From Ramazzottius varieornatus (Eukaryota; Animalia; Tardigrada), in assembly GCA_001949185.1 (NCBI GenBank), contig BDGG01000006.1:2214827-2278826 (forward strand): a stretch of 64,000 nucleotides of DNA. Reading direction: 5' to 3'. Shown one piece after another: positions 38,735-50,737 of this stretch. The position numbers were made by a program, and so were the translations under genes. The first letter of the stretch is position 1, and the number at the start of each line of letters is the position of its first letter. The notes beneath the pieces are model-generated. The model was given only the letters and a program-made list of their open reading frames with translations. It was not told the DNA's origin and made no database searches.

Positions 38735-40026
38735 CAAGCCACTGGCAGCCACGTGTTCACTTCTCATGAAAAAAGTTCTTACTTCCTTCAGACAACAGAT
38801 AACCTCTTCATTCAACTTCTACATGACCACCGTGTCTGTCCAGCATCGTTTGGACACGACCTTGCCAAGAGGAAAGCGTACTCCGAATTTCAGCGATATC
38901 ATAACTTTCACAGAATGTTTTGATAACGCTAATGAGGCCTTTTATGGTGGTCGCCTTCCGCTCAGACAAAATTTTCTTGAGATTCCCATTGATCCCGTAG
39001 TCCAAAGGGGCTAATTCAGGGCTGTTCGCCATCCAAATCTCCTTCGGAATATACTTGACACAATGATCTTTGAGGTGCTGCATGGTCAGGTTGGCCGTGT
39101 GAGATGGAGCACTGTCCATGTGGAAGATGACATCTTTCGCCGAATTCCCGTAGAGTCTGGGAATGTCTTCATGGATCACCTTCGAAAGGATTTCATCAAC
39201 GAAGTACTGGGCTGTCACCTTGGCAGAGCCGTTTACGACGTAGGCGCGCGACATTCCGAACCAGCAGATTCCAATGGCGATCATGACTTTCTTGGGCCAC
39301 TCCTTGGTTGTCTTTTTCTTCCACTCTTCAGGAATTTCTGCCGATTCATCAGTCCAAAATTGGTCTGTATCCACATTGCAGTCATCAAGACTGATCCAAG
39401 TCTCGTCCATAGTGAAGATATGACGGACTTTGAATGGACCTAGATACGAGAAAAAAAGCTTCCCCCGCTCATACCTCTGTTTCTTCTGGGCTTCCGTGAG
39501 GTCATGCGGTTTCCTCTTCTTGCGCACTTCCAATCCAAGATTCTGGTGGATCATCCGGCCTACACTGCGGATGGATACTTGGAGCTTCTTAGCAATCTTC
39601 TGTAGCGAGTCAGGATTCTTCTTGACGACAGCTTTCTTGACTTTGTTGACATTGTCCTAGGTGCATGCAGAGGGAAGGTTTTGCGGATGAAGACGTTTCG
39701 CCGGTTTGGTCCATCCATTTCTCTCCTTTTCTTTCTCCTGGCAAATCTTGAGCACTGTGCGACGACTCAGTGAAACCCCTTGGCTGGCAAGACTCTCAGA
39801 AATTTTAGGGTAGGTGAAACCTTGATCGCGTAAAGCGATCACCAAGGAAGATGTTTCAAAAGAAGTTTTTCCAGGCATGTTGAAAGATTGCTCTTGGAAA
39901 AGTTGTTCAAACGATAATGGAAGGATCGTTTTTTGATTGATCAGCTGAGATGGTTGCGCAATAGGTACAGGGATTTTTGTTTTGAGTCGCGTTTTAAAAA
40001 GTGAACACTTGGCTGCCAGTGGCTTG
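38735..40026 (-). mobile_element. maT-family (DD37D) Tc1/mariner transposon, full length (1292 bp)
   Basis: TIRs CAAGCCACTGGCAGCCACGTGTTCACTTT / AAAGTGAACACTTGGCTGCCAGTGGCTTG, TA on both sides; transposase 39878-38808. Confidence 0.95.
38808..39878 (-). pseudogene. DD37D transposase (356 codons) with a single in-frame TAG at 39657-39659
   Basis: HTH-like N-terminus; IFTMDETW, FHMDSAPSH, SPELAPLDY with 37 residues between the 2nd and 3rd Asp; the two ORF pieces are in the same frame. Confidence 0.92.
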
Positions 40027-40325
40027 TATGTCCATCTGTATCGCGAGAGTACAGTAGTGTTAACAGATCAATCACATAGCGAATCAACCAGCAGACAATC
40101 ATAGCACTTGAGTGATGCCGATGTGAACTTTGCTGATGCCCATGTTCCGTCCAGATTCTGACGTCACTTCCGCTTCTTGCTCTGTTTTCCAGGATTTCAT
40201 TCTGCCAGCCTGGTCTAGCCCAGGCGACAGAGAACACTTTCCTCTAGCTCTCTGCCGTTTCAGTATTTGAAACAAGACTGGAACGTTGGCAAACTCCCCT
40301 CGTTAGAGCCCGCAGTATCGAATAT

Positions 40326-40910
40326 TTAATTGGTCTCCGCCGAGACCGTGCTGTCGGGATCAGCAGCCAAGAACTGGATTGCGGCTTTCTGCAACTTTTC
40401 TGCGGACATCTTGTCGGCAAACAACAGCATTTCCGTCACATTCTCGGCGTTCAGCTCAACACCCAGTATGTCCTTGCGGCGTTCTTTCCGTCCGAGGAGC
40501 TCGTACTTGTCCGCAGGTACCGGTACATCTTTGGAATTATCCTTGAGGTTCTCCACATAACCATAGCATCCATACTTCAGCAACGACCCCAAGGTCTTTC
40601 CGTCGAACGTCGGAAAGCACGGCTTTGTGGACGTTAAGCTCGACTTCGTCCGAAGAGATCGGGGAGAAGGATGCACTCGGTATGCGCTTTCAGGGATGAA
40701 AACTTGGAAAAAGGCAGATCGGTAACGAGGAACATCTGGACCGGGAAGCTGAACACAGTCTTTTGCAATCCTGTCCTGTTGTAATCCTGAGCTTCCAGTG
40801 GCGGTTGTAGCCTAGATTCTCCTGGAAGTAGCACCGAATAATATGGCAAATATTGAAGATACTTCGAGGCAGAGATGGGGCTGATGGTCGAGTTTAAGAA
40901 ATCTCTCACA
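40326..40910 (-). pseudogene. BTB-BACK (SPOP-like) pseudogene fragment
   Basis: LLKYGCYGYVENL...ADKYELLG...LNAENVTEMLLFADKMSAEKLQKAAIQFL; frameshifted upstream. Confidence 0.75.
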
Positions 40911-41186
40911 AGATCGAGCCGAAGCGCAAACTTTGATACTAAATTGCTCGAAGCTGAATCCGTATGACTGTACAGCTCCTCGCTTGATTCATGGATTACA
41001 TGTCTGTTGGTGCAAGCTAAACTGTTCCACGTTGCGCAGTGCGACTTGCCTCCACCCCCTTGGAAGCTTGATTCACCTTGATTTGTTCATCTATTTTGAA
41101 ATCAATTATCATCGACTCATCGTCATTCGGTTTTCCGAACTTCGGGAAACCTAGAATTCCTTTCCTTCGGTTCTTCCCGATTTGCC

Positions 41187-42694
41187 ATGGAACCTCCAAC
41201 CAGTCCGTCCTATCTACCATCGTACCACCCAACGGAGCTACGCCGAAGCACCAGTAACACGAGTGCCTCCGATACAGCGTCGGACGAGTCCATCATGAAC
41301 ACGAACGAAGAAGCCACCCTGTGCAAGCTGGATGCTGTTCGACTCGGCTACTGGGATGATCCTTTCCTCAGTCAAATGATCCACGGAACCCTCCGCCATG
41401 AACGGAAGGCGCCGGATATGTACAAAGGATACTACGCTCGCGTCAAGTGTGTGGAGCGTCTGGTCCTGAACTTCATTCAGACCATCAAGACGTCCAAAGG
41501 TGTCGAAGCGAGCGTTCAGATCGTCAACCTGGGAGCTGGGTACGACACTCTGTATTGGAGACTGAAGTCTAATGCCGCCTTGAATAACGCTGTCAAGATC
41601 AAAGTGGTCGACTTGGATCTACTTCCGGTCATCAGCAAGAAATCTCATGCCATTCGAACGCATAAGAAGCTGTGTGATCTGCTCACTGGAGGTAAGTTCG
41701 CTCTTCGTCTCGCTCCTCTCTTATCTGTATTTTCATCTTTTTAATCTGTGCTTCAGAAGTCCGAGATGGAGAGATTCCGCATGCGGAACTTCACAGCGAA
41801 GGATACGACCTGGTATCAGCTGATATGCGTGACACCGATGAAATATCGAGGAAGTTGGTAGGTTGATTGGGCATTACGGTCTGATTTGTGATGGATTGTT
41901 GGTTGGCAGTGTGGCGTTCCAGTGCGGAATGGCCGTACAGCCCACCAGAAGTGTTAGGGCGTGCAGGATGTGCGCAGTGCATCAGCAAGTTCGACGCGCA
42001 TAGTATAGCCAGTACCTGCATGGTGTGCAACAGTCATTCCGCATGGGTCTTTGTGTGCTGGTACGACTGGTTTTCGCGGTCGCACTATAATTTACTGTTT
42101 CGAGCAAGTCCATTCATCTTTTAGACTTTTCTGATCTTCGTCGTCTGTCTTTAGGTGAGTGCATGTAAGCTAGACCCGAACATACCGACACTCTTCATCG
42201 CGGAGTGCGTTTTAATCTATATGAGCACGGACAGTACGAAGAAGCTCCTCACCTGGATCGCCCAGACCTTCCGGACGTGCGCCTTCATCAATTACGAGCA
42301 AGTCCGTATGAACGACCACTTTGGCGAGATCATGTTCGAGGCCCTGAAAGCCCAGGGATGCTTGCTAGCTGACGCTGATGCCTGCGAGACCTTAGAGATG
42401 CATGAGAATCGCTTCGTCCGTGCTGGCTGGACGCGCGCTCAAGCTGGCGATATGAACACTATGTGCCAGAGTCTACCTCAGACAGACATCCAGAGGTAGA
42501 GTTCATCCAGATTTTCATCTGTTGTAGTGGTCTGGACATCCTTTCTATCAACAGCTTCATGTTGTTGCAGGGTGGACAGGATCGCCATGATCGACGAACC
42601 GGAAGTGCTGCAGCAGCTCTTTGCCCATTACTGCATCGTATGGGCATACAAAGGCGCAGACTCGACCGGTCTCGGCAACATACAGCTTCTTTGA
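41187..42694 (+). CDS. LCMT1: Leucine carboxyl methyltransferase 1 (PP2A methyltransferase); exons 41187-41691, 41757-41857, 42155-42495, 42571-42694
   Basis: TNEEATLCKLDAVRLGYWDDPF, GYYARV, QIVNLGAGYDTLYWRL, PTLFIAECVLIYM, FINYEQV..DHFGEIM, HYCIVWA; consistent splice phases (1,0,2). Confidence 0.96.
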
Positions 42695-42911
42695 GTATTT
42701 AGATAAGTTTTACCGCTAATCCGCACGTGCTGAATTATCATGGAGATTTTTTGAAATGTTTTTTATTCGTTTGCTGGTCTGTTTTTCATTCTGAAGAATC
42801 GAAGAACGAGGTTTCAGCTCACGTTTATTCGTCGAGCAGCCTCATCTCCTTGCCTAAAGCTCACTCTCATGTCAGAACGGTATGGATGTTGCTTTATGGA
42901 CTCTGTGGTTT

Positions 42912-44069
42912 TCAAAAGATGAATCCAGCCAGTGCGAGGACCAGATCATTCTCTTCCTTGATTTTGGCGCAGGTGTTCTCGTAGTCATCCTTATCCCCAG
43001 TCTTCCCGGACATCTTTTGGGCGAATACCTTGGCTGACTTCGACATCATTTCCGCCATATCACGTTCATTCTCAGGGCCATTGAAGCTGACGGTGAGGAT
43101 GTCCGATAGGTACTCTTCGTCGTCTTGAAAGTAGGTACCTTGGTCCTTTAGCATGTCAGCCATGCTCGATCGCTTCTTCATAACCGCCTCGAACTCTCCA
43201 GGCAACAGCCGAGTCAACTCGCCGAACTGCCTAGGGTGGAAAGTCAGACCGTGCGCTGCCAAAGACTCCCAACCTTGAAAACAAGACGAAAAGCTTGTGC
43301 ACTTGTCTGTAACCATCATAGACCGAATATTCGAAGAGCAGTATGTGCGTAGATAACAAATTGGTCATCGCCGCACCGGCAGTGATTTTACCCAGATCAC
43401 CATGTCAAAGTGCCGCACGTTCCCATTGTGTTGGCCGAGACCGTGCGCCACTTGAGAAAGCGGTCTGGAAAAATTCATTTGCCGTCCTAGTGCTGGAAGG
43501 AGCTTACTCAGAATGCTCTTCGCGTCCGGAGATTGGATCTCGTATACGTCAGTCTTGACCATCCCAATAAACAGGACCTGGGTAAGGTACTCGTTTCCGG
43601 CATGAACGTAGAACTGGGTGTAGTTAGCCAAGACCGTGTCGTTGAAGACCCCACCCACATTCTGGTCTTCGAAGATCGTCATGCTGGTTGTGTTCTTCAG
43701 GATGAAAGCCGTATGGACCAGGCTAATACCATCGCGGATGGCGGGTAGTGCTTGGTGGAGAACCATTTGGCGGGTAACCTTGCGGTCGGCGTTCGGCCCG
43801 TTGATCATCTGAGACTTGGACTTGCCTTTGGACTGTAGGGCCTTCTCCATCTCGGAATTCACTTGGTCGTAGAGGTTGCACGGACTCAGCATGAGGGCGG
43901 CGTTCCTCATGGTGCTCTCAAGCAGTGCGTTGATAAAGGCTTTTTCGAGGTTCTTGGGCTTAATTGCTGGTGTCGGCGAGACATCTTCAGGGATGAGAAA
44001 TTGCGGAATTGCCAGCGCGAAGGCAAAGACAGTACTCACTGCAACAACTCGTGGGAAAAGGGAAGCCAT
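42912..44069 (-). CDS. Secreted glycoprotein of unrecognised family, paralogue A (about 307 aa); exons 44069-43508, 43273-42912
   Basis: Signal peptide MASLFPRVVAVSTVFAFALA; phase-1 intron GTAAGC...TTCAAG restores colinearity with paralogue B; full-length similarity to 44749-45927. Confidence 0.85.
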
Positions 44070-44748
44070 AGTGAAGGGGAAATCCAGAGTTCTACTGCCA
44101 ACTTCAGCGCCAGCGAACAGACAGTGAATAGATTTTCACCACATTGTTTTCTTCGGTCAGATAAGCCCTCGGTTTGATATTCTTTTTTCTCCCAAGGAGT
44201 TGCCGCGAGGCGGACCGGTTATTGTTTTTTTCTCTGTTTAATGGTTAACAATGCAATTGTTCGCGTTGATAACAATGGTCACATTTCGCTCAACTGGCTG
44301 ATTTTTTCCGTCAAAACTCTGTGTAATGTGATAGTTAATTTTATGTTTACTTTTTCCGTCGCGCTATTTGTGAACACTGCTGATCGGTGGACGGTACATG
44401 CACACGAGATTTACTTTGTGAAGTTTTGATACGGTCGTTGGTAGATTAAAGAAAAGAAAACCTGTTCAGTGCATTAAAAGTTTGACGAGCTGGCTACATT
44501 GCTGCCAAGATGAAATCAGAAAACACCCTTTAGCTGCTCACCTGTCCACTGTACCTTATCCGGCTTTTCTTTCACCCCTAAGCCATCACCGACAGACCAA
44601 ACATTGCGCTTGCTCCAACCGGCTCAACCAACACTAAACACTGGCCACAATAGCAACACTGCTGACGATTGTGCTTTGTTTTTGGTATCACACCGATTTG
44701 AACGAAGACCGGCGACGACTTTGCTTTCAGTTTCCACCTTGGCGAATC
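44070..44748. promoter_or_regulatory. Putative shared bidirectional promoter and 5' UTRs of the paralogue pair
   Basis: 679 bp between two divergent ATGs; inferred from geometry only. Confidence 0.45.
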
Positions 44749-45927
44749 ATGGATAAGCTCTCTGTCCTTTTCTTCATCCTGGGAAGTTTTTTCTTGGGTT
44801 CCTCGCACGCCGCACCACAGTTTCCGGTGTCGGACAATGGGATTGTCCCGACCAAAGCCAAGAACCTCGACAGCGCGTTCCTCACCGCCGTACTCCAAAC
44901 CACGATGAAGGGCGCAGAGGACATGCTCAGTCCCTGCAACCTGAATGATATCGTCAGAGCCGACATGCAGAAGAGCTTTCAGAAGACCAAGGCAAAGATG
45001 CAAGGGGGAGACAAGCTTCTCGTCGGTCGGGACATTACTCGCCAGATGGTGTTAAACCAAGCCCTGCCTGCTCTTCATGACGGTATCAGCCTGGTTCGCA
45101 CCGCCTTCGTTTTGCAGGAGACCAGCAACCTGACGGTCTTCCTGGACCAGAACCAAGACGGACTCTTCAATGAAACAGCTCTGGCAAACTACACGCACTA
45201 CTACATCCGCGCCGGAAATGAAGATGTCACGCAAATCTTGTTTATTGGGCTGGTGGAGACCTCTCAGCTGTCCGAAAAACATTTGCAAGGTACACGTTGC
45301 TATAACCTCTTCTTCTCAGATCCTATAAGTTCTTTTCTTGGCTATGTGAAGTCATTCAAAGCTGCAACTGACTATTTTCTGCCGTTCCGTATCACCATAC
45401 GCAGTGTCTAGCTTTACTGGACTACGCAGTTCTGGCTGACGCTGTTGTGGAATCTTGCAATTTTGATGTCATGTGTTTGCAAAATACAGTAGAACCAATC
45501 ACGACTTTGTTTCGCAGAAGGCGATGAGTTTTTCATGCCAGCCTGGGATTTTCTGACCGCTCAAGGGTTGTCTTACCATCCTCGGCAATATGCGGCGTAC
45601 GATGAACTGCCACCTCAAGAAGCCGAGATGATCATGCAAAAGCGAGTCCAGATGGCGAGACAGTTGAAGACCCAAGGAACCTACTTCGGAGACGATGCCG
45701 AGTACCTGGCAAACATCATGACCGTCTCCTTCAACGGCCCCGAGAATGAACAGGAGTTTATCCAGATGTTGCCAAAGATCAATAAGGTCTTTGCCCACAA
45801 GCTGCAGACGGTGGAAATGAAGTTCGAGGACAAGTACGAAAGTATTTGCGCAAAGATAAAGGCGGACACGGATATTGTGGACTACGATTTTCTAGCCTCC
45901 ATGGCTGGTTATGCCTTTGGAAAATAA
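44749..45927 (+). CDS. Secreted glycoprotein of unrecognised family, paralogue B (about 316 aa); exons 44749-45289, 45518-45927
   Basis: Signal peptide MDKLSVLFFILGSFFLGSSHA; phase-1 GT-AG intron; blocks shared with A: MLSPCNL, TRQMVL.QALPA..DGISLV.TAF.L, HPRQ, QGTYF.DD.EYL..I.TVSFNGPENE, CAKIK. Confidence 0.88.
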
Positions 45928-48900
45928 ACGCCTTTTCTCCCTTTTCCCTCCTTGATGAGTTTCATAGTTTCATTCAACTCAGACTCATCGTTTCAGTATT
46001 CATTCTAGGCTGTACTTTTCCGTTGTATCATATGGTTTGCATACAGGCCCATTATCACCGAACCCGGTCGTTTTAAGCCTTTCCGTGTCAACCTGTAATT
46101 TTCAGATCAAGTCAAGTCGCTAATTGCAGTCTAGTGGACGTGACAGAAGGCGCTGCTTTATTGATGCCCACTTTTCACCTTACTTCCAGGCCACTGCAAC
46201 GGTCATCTCCCCTATCATTTTGCAAATTTCTTCTTCCTTTCAGGGATCGTGAGACAAGTTGCTCAGAGTTCACTCCGATCATCTTCATACCGCAAGTGTG
46301 CCTTTCGGGAGAAAAGCACAGGATACCGCCAGATATCTTAAAATGTCAAGAACTCCAAAATTTTACCTTACGATCGACGTCGACTGTACATGTGCAGCAC
46401 ACCGCCATCTGGAAGACATAGATCTAACTTAAGTTGTGCTTCCAATGTCGCTCAAAGAACCCTTGACACTTCAAGTATGATTATACCAGTGCCTAATTCC
46501 TCGAGGAGTATCTGTATACAGGACACCAAAACTCATACGAAAGATGGTTCTGTGCAAGACGGATCTTTCTGTGTTGATCGTTTAAATAGATATTTTGGAG
46601 AAGGGGGCGCGACCGAGGCGCCTCGGCTGTCAGTGGTGGATTTGATGGACCTTATTAATGAGCCAGCCGCCATCGATTATTGATTAGGCGCGTATCCTGT
46701 TAACGGTGTCTAGCTGCTTGCCCTTTGTCCAGTTCTTCCGCGTAACTCACTTTTCTTGTCTACGTTAATTAGGGTTAATGAAGAGCAGGTCTGCATCTAC
46801 AAACTTTGCTCTTCATTCGGCATCGCTTTATTACCTCATAATCAGTTCAATGTGAAATCCAGAAGGCTCGAGCGCTAGCGCGATAAATTGTACCATTATA
46901 GTAAAAGAACTCACCGACTTGCCCAAATGACGCCACCTACGTCGAGTACCAACTTGATACGCAGAATGGTATCTCGAGACGCAGCCGGATGTGTTGACCA
47001 AACAGCTAAAGTGTGTCTTTCTTCTTGGAACAAAAAACTAGAGTAGTTTCAGAAATATTGAGTGATACTTTATTTCTTTGTGGTGGCGAAAGGTGAAGCA
47101 AAGTCACCTGTAATCTCTGCCCTACGCAAACATGGCCGCGGCATCTGCTCCTCGAAACCTTTGGGCAAGCTTTAGTTGCTGCTTAGTTTCCTATTCCGTC
47201 ATTCAGTACACTGTTGAAGAACAATGTGATGCATGCCATGTTTTCTCTGATTGTTCGTGGTTCTACAATGTACACACGAGAATAGCGAACGTAGGAAAAC
47301 TCTGTGCAGCTCGCTATGACCCAGTACGAAACAGCATTGCACAACCTTCTCAAAAGTCGGGGTGGCATACCAGTTCGTCCACAATTAAGATGCAAGGATA
47401 ATGATGACGTGGGTTGCAGGAGCTCCCGTTCATTATTAATCAAGACAATAATCGTCATCGACTTGTCCATCGTCCCATTTTCTTGCAGTGAACCATTTGA
47501 AACGTCAACTCATGTAAGATGTACGTGTCAAGCTGCTTTGTGTGCACGTTATTACTTAAATTCTCGTAAATAATGTGCGTTTGATCCTTGTTCGCCCACC
47601 GACAAGATCCCATTTCCAGCTCCCTGGTCTCTCGTGGCTGCTTTTCGAGCCCGTCACGCATAGGCAATCAGAGAAAGACAAGTCTTTCGGCGGAAAGAGA
47701 CAGCCACAAGTCATCTCGTTAAGCCAAGAAATCACTCTGTACACTTCACCATCAATTGAGTAGGGAAAGACCAAGCGTCAGGTCTCGAGTTCCTCAATGA
47801 GTTCCACATATCTTTATGACTTGTACGACAGAGTGGAACCGAGAGAAGAGACCGGACTTCTGCCTAGACATACACAAAACGTCTAACAGGAGAAAAAATA
47901 TGGTTGACTGCTTTTGTGAGTTTTTTTCTTGCATTTTTGGCGGAATGATGTATTCCGGAAGAAAATTCAATTGGACAAGTTTGATCCAACTTGACGGGAT
48001 AACGGGAAGAGGAAGTGAGGGAAAGTGGGTCGCTAGGTTGACTTTTATTGCCTTGTGTACATTATTTGTATCCCCTCAAATTGATCGACGTTGGATACTT
48101 ATCCCGAAAGAAAGGACCAAAGCGTGAAACTACCCTTTTATTCAAAAGAAACGCTCAACTTTTGAGCCGTTCTCCATTATTGTAGCCATTTTGGAATTTA
48201 GCGAGCCCAATTTCTAATGTCGTTTGCACATTGGCGCTTATTTGCATATCCTTGCAGATCTGCAAAGAACCCATTGATTTTTCAATCGGAGCGTTTACTC
48301 AGCGATGAAACTCAAGTGGGGGCCATATTTTCAAAATGTGTTCTTGACCGCTAGCTGCTTTATGGCTGTCTTGTCATGTACGCAGTCACCAGCCATGTAA
48401 CGCTAAGTACCGCCGATCAAACGTCAAAATATTAATTTGCACTAGCAGGTCTCCAACGTGGCCCAAATCAAGCCACGGGGCGCCGCAATATGGCCACCGG
48501 AAAGGACTCCGGTTGGGGGTATATGACAGTGTAATGACCGCCACGACGTCGACGCAACATGGACAGTGCAGCTGAGCACACACCCTGGACACTACTTTCA
48601 ACGGTTCAAAGCGTCGGTTGCAGGAATTAGCATGTGTCCCATATTAGGTCCCGAGTGGCCGATATTAAAGAAGGAAATATTTAGAACCCATTTGGACAGT
48701 ACATGTAGGGTCATTTCCGGCTATAATTTGGGCCAAAACCATTACATCGCTAATGTCAAAATTAAATATGTGGAAAGATCGTTTAGTTGGTATTTCGCTG
48801 TTTTCAGCTAATCCAAGAATCTTCAAACCTCGTGCACCGCTTCTAAGTGAACATCAAAATTTCTTCCCGAAATTTCTACAAGAAACTGGTCTTCTCTCAG

Positions 48901-50579
48901 TTGACCGATGATCAAACGGTGACCCAAAACGGAGTCCGTAGCGTACTCAGCCGGTAGTGAAGAATTTCTTGGGTGGACGGGCTTTGCGGGGAACGCCTTC
49001 GACAGCCCGCCCACGCCTTTTGTCCGCCTCCTGAGATATGGTTTCAAACTTTCTCGTCTGTACAATATGGTGGTAGCAATCAGCTGTTGTATCGTATTGC
49101 CGGCGTCGCGGTTATACTTATGGCACCAGTCTATATCGAAGCTTTGACGGCAGGAGAAACATGGTTTCAGGGTATCGAGCAATCAGAATAGCGTAGACGG
49201 TTCCGTTTTGCGGCTGGCGATCATTAATCTTCATGCGGCAGACTTGGCTATATCGTCAATTCATTTGTGCACGCTTTGACTTCTCATCGTCCACACTTGG
49301 CAAATCGAAGATTTATTTGAGCGATTGCCTTCCGAACTTTCTGTCTTGTTCGTAATGAAACAAACCCAGTTCTGCTCGTAAAAATTGTGTCTTCAGGAAG
49401 ATCTCCAGTCTTCGCTTGGGAAATCGACGTTCGATGAGGCATGCTGCTCGATACCGGTACCCTCTATACATCTGATTCTTGCCGGAACCAGAGTGCTTCT
49501 CTAAGTTTGCTCATTGCCATCCTACAACCTTGTCATTGGATGAAACTGCTGGGCACTGCACTAACTCCTGGAAAGATCAATGGTGAGTTCCTGTTTTGAA
49601 ATTTAGACGACAGAGTTTATTGACTTTCCGTGTGTTACATATTTCTGTTACGTTATCGAAATGTGCGTAGAGTGCATTCCGAAATTAAAGTTAGCCGTAA
49701 ATGCTTGGCTCTAAATTATCTATTACGTAGTACGGTAGCATCAAAGGTATCGCTGCATTGTTACCTTTTTTTTTAATATGCTACACGCGTGTGAATTTGA
49801 TAAGCAGCGACCACAGATAGCGGTCATAGCTTTTGTGGTCATTTCCGTCAAGCATAACGGTGGATAATGGTAGGGCCAAACATGCTTTTTCATGATTTAT
49901 TTGATCACTGTCACTTTAATCGCTAGGTAGACACGACGCGAAGAGCCTATGAGAATCTTTGTTAAAGTTATCATTACACTTTTTCCACAAGGTTGCCTTC
50001 TTCGCCCTCTGAAGGATTTAATGTCCAGTTCTCGGTTTAATACAGTGAGAATAGGGTCGTGCTGACAAAAAGGCCCAAGTCTAATGGGCAAAGAAGTCCA
50101 ACTGGCACCGAGATTTCTATTTTCCAACTGTAACCTCCCCTGTGGCCACTTTTTCGTCTTTTCTCATCATGCTCCGTCCTCTGTCAAGTGTTGACTCTAA
50201 AAAGACTGTATTGGATCTACCCGCGAGGCGAAGATATGCTGTGACGTGGAATGAAGAGCATGTTTGTCGACCCCGCTTTTTTCCGTGAAGACACCACTGC
50301 GCCAAAAATCAAGAAATCGGCATTTTGACCAATTAATCCGATTTACAGCTTTGACAAAGAACCATTTTGCATAGTCAACTTCTGTTGGCTTCAAAAAGTT
50401 GTGACAAAGACATAATTCGATTGTATGGCTAGAAGGCACTTCCGCATACACATTGAACAAAGTCCTCGAGGAAGATTTCTTGCCGATGGAAGTGAGTGAA
50501 GTCGCTCTTTGTTTCACTCAGTTTTTCGAATAGTTGGTTGAAAGAGACCGGGGCAAATGAACCAGAGCAAATCGTTCCG

Positions 50580-50737
50580 CAAGGTGGCGCACAATCCAAG
50601 CCAAACGCAATAAAGACGTGCGCCACTTTTGATGTCAGTGTGGTACAAGTATCAAGACCGACTAGATGGGACTTGATAATTTCGTCATCTCAAGTGGCGC
50701 ACGTTTTCATCGCTTTCGGCTGAAAGTGTGCGCCAGC
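50580..50737. repeat. Two tandem GTGGCGCAC...GTGCGCCA hairpin units (same family as the mam intron MITEs)
   Basis: Motifs near 50584, 50618, 50694 and 50728 in alternating orientation. Confidence 0.6.

Larger units (their letters stand above)
37257..40056 (+). mobile_element. pogo/Tigger-like transposon, decayed (about 1.5 kb without the nested insertion)
   Basis: CENP-B HTH (FKASCGWISKL..KYRL) and DDE_1 motifs (IINFDQT, EKERFTVGLAVTGDG, LLRDHFPGH, VPKGMTGT*QPLDVGINAPFK) over about 37430-38600 with stops and frameshifts; TIRs TACTGTACTTGCGATACACATGGACATAC / GTATGTCCATCTGTATCGCGAGAGTACAGTA. Confidence 0.9.

Noticed and set aside
43365-43507. C-terminus of the 234-aa ORF (KLLPALGRQ...PVRR) and the alternative donor at 43391
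   Set aside because: Intron read-through; that donor is phase 0 and does not fit the phase-1 acceptor, and the segment has no counterpart in paralogue B.
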